A stretch of 64,000 bases of DNA. Source: Paraspadella gotoi. Its lineage: Eukaryota; Animalia; Chaetognatha. A program made the translations under genes and the position numbers. Numbering within the stretch: position 1 is the first letter of the stretch; the number at the start of each line of letters is the position of its first letter. The stretch covers positions 6,731 to 70,730 of the forward strand of contig JBJCIZ010000207.1 in the NCBI GenBank assembly GCA_051294375.1, written 5' to 3'. Under the pieces are notes generated by a model. The model was not told where the DNA came from. It searched no databases and was given only the letters and a program-made list of their open reading frames with translations. Positions 26,074-38,096 of the stretch are shown in pieces.

Positions 26074-26601
26074 TGGCTTTCTCACAAATAAAAATTGTTG
26101 TAAAAAATTCAAAACTTTGCTAAATTATTTTTTTCGAAATAAATTAGTAGTCTCGTCAATTAGATATTAATATTCCATTGTCATATTACGTCAAAATTGA
26201 CTGTGACAGCAGCAGCCGAATGCTGTAACTTTAATAATGGAAAGTCAAGTTGGTGAAATAATAAATGACCCCAAAAAAAATTATAAAATATCTATACACA
26301 ATTTTTTTATTTCATTTTATATGTCAGTATTCCGAATTACCCCTGTTCCGAATTACCCCACACTACCCTATTAAATGTAAATTGAAGCTGCAACAAATAC
26401 AACAATTAATTAAATAATTATCTAATTAGCTTACCGCTAATGATCGTGGGCAGATCCTGCATTGTTTGCTCAATAAATGTTATAAATAACTTGGTTACGG
26501 ACATATTTCATATTGTGTTATAGTTTATATATATAATATATATAGTTTTTAACTTTTAATTTCTTTTTCGATATTTTGTGTTTTTTATCTTTTCCACTTA
26601 G

Positions 26602-26970
26602 TATCAATGGAATAGCAAACAGCTTCCCCGCGGTTGGGTTGGTCTTCGCAACCTGGGCAACACTTGCTACGCCAACAGCGTCATACAGTCTCTTCGCGCT
26701 TGTGCCGAATTTTCGCGCGACGTGCTGGAAATCGCGCCGCCTCCGAGCACCGGGGCGCCGTCTTCTTCCGATTTCGCCCTAAAACAGGCGATGCACGACC
26801 ACGCTCTGGTGGTCAAGTTTCAGACTATGCTGACCAACCTGGTTTTTTCGCAACAGCCCATCTATGACCCGACACGCTTCCTTTTTGAATCACGGCCTCC
26901 TTGGTTTGGGCAGGGATCGCAGCAGGATTGTTCCGAATTCTTAAAATACTTTCTCGATCAGCTTCACGAG
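26602..26970 (+). CDS. USP38: Ubiquitin-specific protease (USP35/USP38 family), internal exon with Cys box
   Basis: cttag acceptor; open 123 codons YQWNSKQLPRGWVGLRNLGNTCYANSVIQSL...SRPPWFGQGSQQDCSEFLKYFLDQLHE; gttcgt donor, phase 0. GLxNLGNTCY and QQDCSEFL are USP boxes. Upstream exons were not identified. Confidence 0.9.
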
Positions 26971-28114
26971 GTTCGTTTTTATCGTTTTATAATTCATTTC
27001 TATTTTAACGTTTTCGTTTGTTTTTTTGGTTTTTTTATTGTCGCAAACGCTAAGCGATATTGTAACGCTTTTGCGCATAAGTGGCGTCGGCGTTGTCGTC
27101 GGCGTCGGCGTTCCAAATTATAGATCGCCTTTTTTATGATTAAATTTGGGTGTATGAAGCTGATAATTTATATACAGCTTTTCATCATCGATGTGCTTAA
27201 AATTGAGTCTGGACAGTTATTAAATATGTTTTGTTTATGTTTTATATAAATAAACAAATTTTCTCTCTTTTATTTTTATATTTTTTTCTCTCTCTCTTTT
27301 CTCTTTTAATTACATGTCTCTCTCCTCTCTCTTTTGCCTAGTCACTGATTCATAAGGAAAAAACAAGTCTGCAGCTGGCTCTGCAGGGGCTTATTCTTTT
27401 TCTCTCTTTTCTCCTGCTGCTTCTGCTGCTGCCTTTGATTCTTTTTTTCTGGGTGCCTCTGCTGCTGCCGCTGCTGATTCGTTCTGAAAGATCTTTTGAT
27501 TATTGCCCCAACATATTCTTCCAAATTTACATCCAAGATTTTCGTGGATTTTTTTCTAAATATCAATCAGAATAATATTTTTTTTATCGAACCATGACCG
27601 GCGAAGCCGGTTCAGGCTTGATTTTGTTTCGGTCAGCTTCTTTGTGACGTCGTCGTCCGTCACGCTTTTTTGTATAAAAACTACTACGCTTTTATAGGTT
27701 TGGCTGTGACTTACCGGTTTTTTTTAAATAAAAATTATTATGAATTATGATAAAGTTTTACAAAAGTGTGCGATCATAGTAAGTTAAAAATTTAGATATG
27801 GCTTCTCATCTTGAAATAGCTTTGATATTTTCTTATTACATTTGGATTTAAGTATTTTTTTGTTTGAATTTTCCACTTCATGATTTACTGCAATATGCAA
27901 ATGAGATTATAGTACTCATTTTAATATCCAAATTAGTATATAGAAATGCTTTAATCTAATTTACATATTGCAGTATATAATATTGAAGATGAAATTCAAA
28001 AAAAATTTTTTAATCTGTAATAAAAATGGGAACTCAAAGGAACCTTTTAATGAGAAGCTATATCTCAATTTTAATACAATAAAAATAAAATCTTTTACAA
28101 GCTGCGATTGTTTT

Positions 28115-29900
28115 TCAATAATGCTTTATGTTTTTGTTCTTGTTTTCATATTTTTTTGTTTTTGTTTTTACGCATTATCTTTGAACGTTTTATTAATATT
28201 GTTTTTCGTTTATGCTTTATATTTTTTGTTTTTGTCTTTGTTGTCATATTTTTTGTTTTTATTTTTACGCATATATCAAAAAATAAAAATTACAAATTTA
28301 AAATAAAAACTATTGCTTCTCTTGACATTTGACATTTTTGTTTTTAGTTTTTTCCGGTTTTATGATTTTTACATTTGATCCTTAAACGTTCTTGAACGTT
28401 ATTTTTTATAGTTTCTTATGATTAGTTCATAACATTTATTAATGATTTTAAACGTTAGTGTCTTTTGTTTTTATTGAATTTCAATATGTAGTTTAGTTTT
28501 ACTTGTTTTCCAGTCTTGACGTTCTTGAACATTATTTTTTATAGTTTCTTATGAATTAGTTCATAACATTTATTAATGATTTTAAACGTTAAAAAAAATT
28601 TTAGAAAAGATGGTGTCTTAGTGTCTTTTGTTTTTATTGAATTTCAATATGTTAGTTTAGTTTTTACTTATTTTCCAGTCTTGAACGTTCTTGAACGTTA
28701 TTTTTTATAGTTTCTTATGAATTAGTTCATAACATTTATTAATGATTTTAAACGTTAGTGTCTTTTGTTTTATTGAATTTCAATATGTAGTTTAGTTTTT
28801 ACTTGTTTTTCCAGTCTTTTAAATGTTAGGGTCTTTTGTTTTTATTGATTTCAATACATAGTTTAGTTTTCCAGTCTTTTACACTATTACTGTGTTTATG
28901 ATTATGTCAATACTGTTTTTGGTATTATAAAAAAAAAAAAAAAAATATTAGTGTTATTATTATTTATTATTTATTTATTTATTTATTATTTATTATTTAT
29001 TTATTATTATTATTTCAAATTTTTTATTAGTGTCTTTTTCTGTTGATCTGAGTGCTTATATTTATATATATATTTATATGTATATATATATATATACTGA
29101 TTATAGTTTGATATTTCTATTCATAGCAAATGTGGTCCCTCTGCCTTTACTTTAACATATTAAACACTTTTATAATGTTTTAGTTTATTTTTTGCTCTCA
29201 TGTTTTCATTAATGCTTTATATTTTTTTGTTTTTGTTCTTGTTTTCATATTTTTTTGTTTTTGTTTTTATGCATTATCTTTGAACGTTTATTAACATTGT
29301 TTTTCGTTTATGCTTTATATTTTTTGTTTTTGTCTTTGTTGTCATATTTGTTGTTTATTTTTACGCCATTATCAAAAAATAAAAATTATAATTTAAAATA
29401 AAAGCTATTGCTTCTCTTGACATTTGACATTTTCGTTTTTTAGTTTTTCCGGTTTTATGATTTTACATTTGATCTTTGAACGTTCTTGAACGTTATTTTT
29501 TATAGTTTCTTATGTATTAGTTCATAACATTATAATGATTTTAAACGCTAGTGTCTTTTGTTTTTATTGAATTTCAATATGTCGTTTAGTTTTTACTTGT
29601 TTTCCAGTCTTTTAAACGTTAGTGTCTTTTGTTTTTATTGAAAAAAAAAATTGCCTTTTTAGAAAGATAATTTTAATAAATTAGTTTTTACTTTTAAATA
29701 AAAAAAAAATAATGTTGCTTCCTTTTTATACTTGATGTTTTTTTGGTTTAAAAATTTGAATTTTAAACGTTCTTGAACGTTATATTTTATAGTTTCTTAT
29801 GAATTAGTTCATAACATTTTATTTATGAGTCAATTTAAACGTTAGTGTCTTTTGTTTCTGTTGAATTTTAATAGTTTAGTTTTACTTGTTTACTGCTTTC
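28115..29900. repeat. T-rich direct and tandem repeats (~28115-28520 repeated at ~29210-29640; recurring TTGAACGTTCTTGAACGTT units)
   Basis: Visible repetition of TAGTTTCTTATGAATTAGTTCATAACAT and related blocks. Confidence 0.8.
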
Positions 29901-30984
29901 TAGTTTTTTACACTTTCTTTCTTTCTCTCTCTCTCTCTCTCTCTCTTTATCTCTTTTTTTACAAAAAAAAAATTTATTCACTTTTTTTTTCACCACCGTC
30001 ACTAGGCGACGAGTAAACGAGTAAACTAGTTCCGGCTCTCTCTCTCTCTCTCTCTTGTGTGATCGTTCTTTTTTTGAAAAATTATGAATATGTTTTTCCT
30101 TCTAAAAACTTTTATTATCGCCATTTATTCGGGGCTTTTTTCTCAATACAAAATCCCAAATTTACATCCGAGATTTTCGTGGACACATTTTATAAAAAGT
30201 AAAGAATAACTTATAATGACATGCATTGTCACATGTAAATCAGCTAATGTGACCTATTATATATGTGGCACTATTGCTGAATAATATAATTACATGCATC
30301 ATATTTTTATTTATTATTGTAACTTTGGACCGGTTGGCCCACTATTGGCAAATTATATCTAAAATAGGAGTTGATAAGAGAAATATAGTCAAATTAAACA
30401 TACTTTTTTGTTTTTCTTAAATTATTAAATTTATAAATATTTTTAGTGTATATATATTAATCATTTTTATCTTTTTTTTAAATAATAATTATTTGAGTTG
30501 TGATAACTATTTATAAATTAATTAAATATGCAAATATAAAAATTTGACCTCGTCTGGTTTCTTCCTAAAAAAAGAACAATTTTTTCTCTCTCTTTCTCTC
30601 TCTCTCTCTTTTTTTTTCCTTCTAAAAACTTTTTATTATCGCCATTTATTCCGCGCTTTTTTCTCAATACAAAAATCCCAAATTTACATCCGAGATTTTC
30701 GTGGATTTTTTGTTACAAAAAAAATTATTCACTTTTTTTTTCAGCACCGTCACAAGGCGACGAGTAAACGAGTTCCGGCTCTTCTCTTTCTCTCTATCTG
30801 TCTCTTTTTCTCTCTCTCTCTCTTTCTCTCTATCTCTTTTTTTTTTAACAAAAATAATTTTTTAGTCACTTTTTTTTCACGACGAGTAAACGATTAAACG
30901 AGTTCCTGCTCTCTCTCTCTCTGTCTTTCTTCTCTCCCTCTCTCTCTCTCTCCCTCTCTCATTCTCTCTCTCTCAATAACTCAT

Positions 30985-31360
30985 CGCGTCAATGAATGAC
31001 TAGCATCGCATCAATGAATGACTATCGATGATCATGATACTATCATCGCATCATGAATGACTATCATCGCATCAATGAATGACTATCATCGCATCAATGA
31101 ATGACTATCATCGCATCAATGAATGACTATCATCGAATCAATGAATGACTATCATCGCATCAATGAATGACTATCACCATCATGATGACTATCATCGCAT
31201 CAATGAATGATTATCATCATCAATGAAGTACTATCATCACATCAATGAATGATTATCATCGCATCCATCATTTGTTATCATCGCATCAATCCTTTGGTTA
31301 TCAATCGCATCAATATTGTTATCATCGCATCAATATTTGGTTATCATCGCATCAATATTG
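30985..31360. repeat. 22-bp minisatellite GACTATCATCGCATCAATGAAT
   Basis: Period 22 (31059, 31081, 31103...), decaying at the 3' end. Related array at ~59439-59560. Confidence 0.9.
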
Positions 31361-32389
31361 TTACATCAAAGCAGGCTCGATCCTATTGCTTTTAAGATTT
31401 TTTCAATATATATTTACTTTATTATTTTACTTTACTTCATTTTACTTCACTTTAGTCTTTACTTCATTCGTAGTCTGATTCAAGTTTCACTTTGTCTTGT
31501 CTTTGTCTTTGTCTCTGGTTGTTACTACCTTCGGGGCATGGGACCTGGATGCTTTCTCAAACTTAAAATATTTCGCCAAACTCCAAGCAACGAATGCAGG
31601 CTTAGATATCGGCAAAACGTCTAAGCACTTTTTTTGAGAGACTTTCTGTCTGCCTTCAGCGCGAGAACGGGACCTGCTCGCTTCCCGAAGTCCCGTGATT
31701 GAGTTGCCGTCTCATGTGGACGGAGTTGCTTGACTTTGTCTCCCGATCTCTTCTTCTTTTTCATTTTTATCTTCCCCTTATTTGTTCTCGTTTATTGTTG
31801 ACATAAGTTATTTTTGCAACCATTCCCGCAATTATTTGTTTGCTCGGTTTTCTTTCAGAAAAAAAAAAAAAAAACTTTGTCTTTTGTCTGGGAATGTTGA
31901 TAGTGTTTAGAGAGGTCGCATTCGATCAAACTGCTCGCTTATGCGGGCTAAAAGTAAAACAATAATGTCAATAATAATAATAAATAATAATAAATAATAA
32001 TAAATAATAATAAATAAATAAATAATAATAATAAATAATAAGTAAAACAATAATGTCAATAATAATAATAAACAATAATAACAACAATAAAACAATAATG
32101 TCTCTCCAGACTTAGCACTTGCTAAAAATTAAACTCGAAAATAAGTTATTTTACTGTTTTATATTTATTATTCTTTTTTTTTTTCTTTCTGTTTATAAAT
32201 TAATTTTCTTTTCTCAAATTTGATTTTTTTAGTATCAAAATTTGTCGTTAATCTAGATTTTTCTTATGCAATTGCGACCATCCCTTATGCTTTTAAGATT
32301 TTTTGACAATAAACGAATTTGGCTTAATTCATTCCATTATCTTGGTTTTCGATTTTTCAATTTTTTCAATAATATTAATTGGAATTTAG

Positions 32390-34097
32390 GTGGAACGCCG
32401 TACTTTGTCAGAATCGAACAAAGACTCTGCCTCCACAATAAAGCCAGACGCCGACGCTGGTTGCGCAATCAACAATGAAGCCACCGAGGTAGTTGGCTCA
32501 AAGCGGACGACTGTGTCGCGTCGATTTGGCGGTAAGCTCCTTCATTCCTTCTCCTGTCACGAGTGTGGAAACGTCTCTCGTCGCGACGAAGTCTTTACCG
32601 ATCTCCCTCTCGCCTTTGTCGACGCCGCGGAGCAGGAGCCGGAGTCTCAAGGCGTTGATGGCTGCGTCATGAGCGGCGACGGCGGCGGCGGTGACGAGTC
32701 TCAGGAAGAAGGACGACCTTCTAAGGTTTTGCGAAAAGAAATGGCAAAGGTGGAGAAAGAAGAGATAGGAGAGAACGTCATCAACTCGGAAATATTTTAC
32801 GACGCAGTAACGCATTCATCTTCTGAAATTGACGTCGTCGGTGTAGACCAAGAGTTGGCCTCTTTTGCGCCTCCAAAGCTCGACGCCGCGTCTTTTGATC
32901 CTTTCGCCGTCTCAAAGAAACTCGAGGCGATTTGGGCGACGGGTGACGCCGACGATACAGGCTTTCGTCGGTGCTGGGATCGCGCCGAAGAGGAGGAGCC
33001 TATGGAAGTGGGAAGACCGGAGGCGGCGTTGGGAGACGATAATCTAATTCCCTCGTCGACGCCATCACCAACTCTCGGAAACGCCGGAGTCTTTCGTCCA
33101 AGCTTTTCCGCTCCATTAAAAGCCGCGGGGCCCGCCGTGGCACTCGCCGCCCCCGCCGCTCCCTCGGTCCCGACGCTGCCTCATTCGTATTCTCTTCAGA
33201 AATTACTGTCATCCTTTTTACGGCCAGAGACTCTTCAGGGAGATAACGCCTACCAATGCGAGCGCTGCGGCGGTCTGCGCAGCGCCACTCATCGTGTCGG
33301 CGTTGCGGTGGCCCCTCAATACCTCATCTTGACGCTGCTGAGATTCAAATTCGACGCGAAAACGCAGACCAAATGGAAAATCAGCGCCGCTGTAGAGATT
33401 CCCGAGGAATTAGAGTTGCCTATCGAAAATGAAGAGGCGACTAGAAAAGAAGATGGAGAGGGAGACACCTCCAAGATCTCTACCTCATCTTCGGTCTCCT
33501 ACCAAATCCTTTCTGTGATCGTCCACGTAGGTGGCTCAACCGACTCTGGTCATTACTACACATACGTTCGGACTCGGCCCGAGGCCGACGTCGTCATGGT
33601 TCCTGCCAAAGAGGGCTGGGTCATGTACAACGACTGTTACGTTCGCGGCGTCAACCCCATTGATATTGCATAGCCGTTTTCTTTAAGCGGGAAGCGGTGC
33701 GCCGGGGCCCTTCTGCCGCCAGCCGAGACACTCCTTACGTTCTCATTTACGTGCGGAATCTGTTGGAGGCTTCGACGCGAGTAGATCTGCCTGGATTCTC
33801 GATGGCGCCGACGCCGCGCGACTCTACCCGTGAACTCGTTGCCTTGAAAACCTTCAGTGGCTCAAAGCACGGGAGCGCTCCAAGTCGGGCGTCGGGATTA
33901 GCCATTTTGCTCAGCGGCCGCGTGCCGTCGCGTTTGCGCATGCCTGCCGGAAACTGCCTCCCGGGGGACCACGATGGCCGAAGGACGACGATGAAGACAA
34001 GGGTGGAGGGGGCGGTGGTCGAACGGGCAGAGGGGGCGGTCCATGCGGAGGGCCCACCTTTGGCGGCTTGGGAAACGGACCGAGATTTGTGTTTTAA
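32390..34097 (+). CDS. USP38: USP35/USP38-family terminal exon (His box and C-terminus); apparent frameshifts after 33673
   Basis: tttag acceptor in frame with the previous exon. CHEC...CERC zinc finger, APQYLILTLLRF, HVGGSTDSGHYYTY, YND, then TPYVLIY and a Gly-rich tail ending GNGPRFVF* (TAA 34095-34097), resembling the vertebrate USP38 end (..GRLVF). Confidence 0.85.
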
Positions 34098-34146
34098 TTA
34101 CTTTTCCTGTCTGTGTTAAGTTTCTTGTTTTATTAATATTATTATC

Positions 34147-34190
34147 TTGAGGGGTATTGAAGGCATGAAGAAATAGAGGGAAAATAATGG
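34147..34190 (-). mobile_element. Short 3' LTR fragment of the TQT-ORF element, just downstream of the USP stop
   Basis: Reverse complement CCATTATTTTCCCTCTATTTCTTCATGCCTTCAATACCCCTCAA matches the LTR end. Confidence 0.8.
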
Positions 34191-34199
34191 AACAGTAAC

Positions 34200-34817
34200 T
34201 TTTTATCGTCGCTTAGCGTTTGCGATGATATTGCAACGCTTTTGCCCGTAAGTGGCGTCGTCGTCGTCGTCGGCGGCGTTCCAAATTATAGATCGCCTTT
34301 TTTATGATTAAATTTGGGTGTATGAAGCTGAAAATTTATATACAGCTTCTCATCATCGATGAACTTAAAATTGAGTCTGGACAGTTATTAAATATTTTGT
34401 TTACGTTTTATCAAAACAAACAAATTTTCTCTTTTATTTTCATATTTCTTTCTTTCTCTCTTTTCTCTTTTAATTACATGTCTCTCTCCCTCTCTCTTTT
34501 CCCTAGTCACTGATTCATAACATAAGGGAAAAAAACGAGTCTGCAGCTGGCTCTTTAGGGGCCTATTCTTTTTCTCTCTTTCCTCCTGCTACTTCTGCTG
34601 CTGCCTTTTGATTTCTTTCTTTTTTTTCTCTCTGCGTTTTTATTTAAAAAAAATTGAAATAGGATTCAAAAAACTGTAACTTTAATTTATAATTTATAAA
34701 ATATAATTTTTCTTTCTGTTTATAAATTTTCTTTTCTCAAATTTTATTTTTTGTAGTATCAAAATTTGTCGTCAATCCAGATTTTTCTTATGCGATTGCG
34801 ACGATCCTTATGCTTTA
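34200..34817 (+). mobile_element. Complete short HINE family 2 element (~620 bp)
   Basis: 5' TTTTTATCGTCGCTTAGCGTTTGCGATGAT hairpin/subTIR, (GTC)n microsatellite, 3' TTGCGACGATCCTTATGCTTT. Confidence 0.7.
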
Positions 34818-35369
34818 AGATTTTTTCTTTACTCGATAAACTGGAGGGAGTGGATATCTCTCAAACTAGGAGTTGGAATCAGCTCAGCTATGAGTAATAA
34901 ATGCAGGAAGTTTAGCTTGTGTCCCCATTGGACGGATTTTTAAAAATTTAAAAAAATTGCGCTCAGCACCCTAAAAAATGTTTGTACAATATTTGCTTTA
35001 GCGCAGTTATTAATGAAGCTTGCCCTATCATTTTTTGCTCATAAATACTCCGAGACGAGACCTACATAATGATGTAATAAAATTTTTGAATTAATTTTAT
35101 TCTTTTGGTTTCAATAATTAATTTAGTCAAAATAATATTCCAAAGTCAGGGGCAAGATAGCTTATTTATTAAATGAATGGATAATTTTTATATTGGTTGT
35201 ACCAATTTCCTTCAAAAGTATTCTGAAAATATCGAAGGTAATTGTTTCCTTTTTTATACAAAATGATACATTGAACAAGAGAAGTTTTAATAAATAACAA
35301 ATAAAATCTTTAAAAAATATTTTAAATACCAAAAATATTTTTTCAATATTATAAAAATATATTATAGTC

Positions 35370-37213
35370 AGAGGAGGATTGAGCCTGCCGTCCAATTCTC
35401 CTCTTCCTCTTCTTCTTCTTTCCTCCTCCTGCCCCTCAGTATATTTTGTCTAGCGATACATTCTCTCGTTTCTACTCTTCGCGAAATATACCATTATTTT
35501 TCCCTCTATTACTTCACGCCTTCAATACCCCTCAAGTGGCGCCTTCTTCGCGGCTCGATACCCTACACCCCGTGGATTAAGTTTCCTGTGCAAACCCTCA
35601 GCAAAAAAAAAACCGCGGAAATTCTATAAAAAAAACTATCTTCCTTCACTAACAACCAAAAACAAACTTAAAAATAAACAAAATTTACAAACTCCCATCT
35701 AAAAAAAAAGATACCATTTTACAAAATAACTATTAAAATCACTAAAAGAAATTGCATAATTTTAAAAACAAAACCCTACTTGATATTTATTACAAGATAA
35801 TTTTCTCCTTTCTCTTCACTCTTCGTCAACCAAAACTTGGAATTTTCAAAATCTAAACATCAAACTTTGAACCTGGCAACTAAAAACAAGCTCGCTTCAA
35901 CTCTCTCTCTCTCTCCAACTAAAAATGGCGAAAGCTAAGATTGGACTTTAACCTCTTAAAGAAACTGAAATAGCAAGTCCCTTAATGTGGAATATAGAAT
36001 AGACACTCCCTGAAAATGGCAGCAATCAACTTTAAAGATCCAATCAGTTCTGATGACCTCAAAGGAGAATATATTGGCATCTTGGAAAATCTGATGAATT
36101 TTTCTAAAAGATTGCATACTAATAATGCAAACCCACGAATTCTGGACAAGAATATAATGGATCTACTTGCTTTGGTGCAGAATACACATATGTCCCTTCT
36201 GCCTTTAAAAACCCAAACTGTCTCCACCCCAACTCAAACCTATTTCACCCCAGCCAATGCTTCAACCCAGACCACAAAACCCAAGGCTAGTTGCAATAAA
36301 TCAACTCAGACTAAAATACCCTACTCAACCTCCTCTTCCCAAACTACCCAAACTGCCATCATTTCTGATTCAGTTTCAACACAAACCATTGTTGCCAAGA
36401 CTGATTCTCAAGTACAGACCGACCTACCAACTGTCAAAAACTATGCTAATGATGTGAAAACTCAAGCGGGAAAAATCCAAGGAGAAACTTCATTTGCAAG
36501 AATCAACTCAAACAAGAATCAACACAAAAATCAAGCCTGCTCTTATCAGTCTCCGGTCAAGAAATGGGAAACAAAATCAAGAAATGAAAGAACTGGACCC
36601 TGGAAAGAATACATGATCCCTCAAACCTGCGCTGAAAAAATCTATATCCCCCCTCATCGACGTGTTCCTCAAGACCAAAGAAGGCAACCAGTTTTTGGAA
36701 AACGCAAAAATACTTGCAAAAATAACTGATGGAAATAGACTTACGACCATGGTTGCGCCAGATGTTTGCTGCATTTTTGGCTCAGACTTTACCATTGCCC
36801 TTTTTTTAAGAATCAATATCAGTCATGGTGCAGTGGCATAACTTGTCAATGACTGTGACATAAATTAAAAATAAACTTTTAATCATTTAAATAGTAGCTT
36901 TGATAGAAATCCAATAGTTTTAGTTTGTGACTTCTCTCACTTTTTTAGTTCTGTGTCTTTGTTTTTTAGTCCAGAGGGAAGCATGACGATGTAATGCCAC
37001 GCCATTGGGGGCCTGGACATTACATCTTGGTCAAGAAGGGGGACGCAGAGGAGGATTGAGCCTGCCATCCAATTCTCCTCTTTCTCTTCTTCTTCTTTCC
37101 TCCTCCTGCCCCTCAGTATATTTTGTTTAGCGATACATTCTCTCGTTTCTACTCTTGGCGAAATATACCATTATTTTTCCCTCTATTACTTCACGCCTTC
37201 AATACCCCTCAAG
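35370..37213 (+). mobile_element. Complete 1.84 kb non-autonomous LTR element with one ORF
   Basis: 167-bp direct repeats 35370-35536 and 37047-37213; PBS-like TGGCGCC..GGCTCGA at 35537; PPT AAGAAGGGGGA 37033-37043; flanking duplication ATAGTC (35364-35369, 37214-37219). Confidence 0.9.
36016..36729 (+). CDS. Element-encoded protein with TQT motif array and YIPPHRR motif (function unknown)
   Basis: 237-aa ORF, homologous in three copies. The true C-terminus is probably ..LMEIDLRPWLRQMFAAFLAQTLPLPFF via an indel near 36720, as read in frame in ORF 308-502. Confidence 0.75.
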   Translation: MAAINFKDPISSDDLKGEYIGILENLMNFSKRLHTNNANPRILDKNIMDLLALVQNTHMSLLPLKTQTVSTPTQTYFTPANASTQTTKPKASCNKSTQTKIPYSTSSSQTTQTAIISDSVSTQTIVAKTDSQVQTDLPTVKNYANDVKTQAGKIQGETSFARINSNKNQHKNQACSYQSPVKKWETKSRNERTGPWKEYMIPQTCAEKIYIPPHRRVPQDQRRQPVFGKRKNTCKNN

Positions 37214-38096
37214 ATAGTCTTAAAACTAATTAAAATATTTAAAAACTATAAAGGGTTTGAAAGCGGACATCATGTTGATTCCAAATCTATTTTTGTTTTT
37301 AAAATTTGATTTCTTGATCTTGTTTTACAGACTAATACATTTGTAAAAATTAAGAAAAATGAATTTAAAACTAACTTTGAAAAAGTAATATCTTCTTGCT
37401 ATTGAAATTTTAATTGAAGGATAAGATTCGCCAAAGATATCAAGGGAAGAAGTGTCATTATTTTTTTTTATGAAAAAAGAATAAGATTTTTTTTAATAGG
37501 CGGCTGAGGCAGAGGTTTTTCGAAGATTAGGATTTAGTAAGGACTTAAATTTTCTGCAATATTGAGTACAACCTCACAACATTTTGAGTTCACCTATCTT
37601 TTTCTTACTAACATTGCACAACCAAAGTCAGAGTTCTAATGCAGGCATAATGAGTAGACCTTTCCATATATGAAAAGTTTTTAAATCAAAAAACGTTTGT
37701 TTAAAAGTTGCCCATTAAGGTGGATTTAAAACCTTTATTTTTTTCCTATACCTATTACATATTTCTTCAATATCACTACAACAAAAATAAATATATAGTA
37801 CGAGATCACGCGCATTTTTTAAATTTTATACATTTATAACAATCGTATTATATTATTAGCTCAGAATATTGTCTTAAGACGAGCAAAAATATTAAAATCA
37901 AAAGGATTAAACAATTTTAATAGTAGATCATGAACAGGCTTGTACCTGTGAACATTTTTAAATAAAAAAAAATTAGTTTTCAATTTTTGCATTAGCCCAT
38001 ATTTATACATAGTACTCTCCATAAAAAATGTCAAAATTTTAAAATGATTTTTTCTTATTTTTGAGTACAGATTTGAATTTCTCACAAAAAGTGAAG

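Larger units (their letters stand above)
23657..28010. repeat. Second copy of segment ~17706-21320 (segmental duplicate or alternate haplotype)
   Basis: Collinear: HINE end, TRIM-B, hammerhead, USP exon, HINE 5' ends. Differs by the TRIM-A insertion at 24254-25021. Confidence 0.9.
27028..32293 (+). mobile_element. HINE family 2 element with nested HINE family 3 (~27580-31392) filling the USP intron
   Basis: Family 2: 5' TTTTATTGTCGC..GCGATAT plus (GTC)n; 3' TTGCGACCAT-CCCTTATGCTTT. Family 3: 5' ATCGAACCATGACCGGCGAAGCCGGTTCAGGC hairpin; 3' CAGGCTCGAT-CCTATTGCTTT. Confidence 0.6.

Noticed and set aside
27968-32095. Hydrophobic F/L/I-rich ORFs as membrane proteins (also 56352-56717, 59232-59973)
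   Set aside because: They are translations of T-rich, (TC)n or (TAA)n low-complexity repeats.
32498-33212. Antisense/alternate-frame ORFs over the USP exon (likewise plus-strand ORFs over Gypsy pol)
   Set aside because: Shadow ORFs of GC-rich coding sequence.
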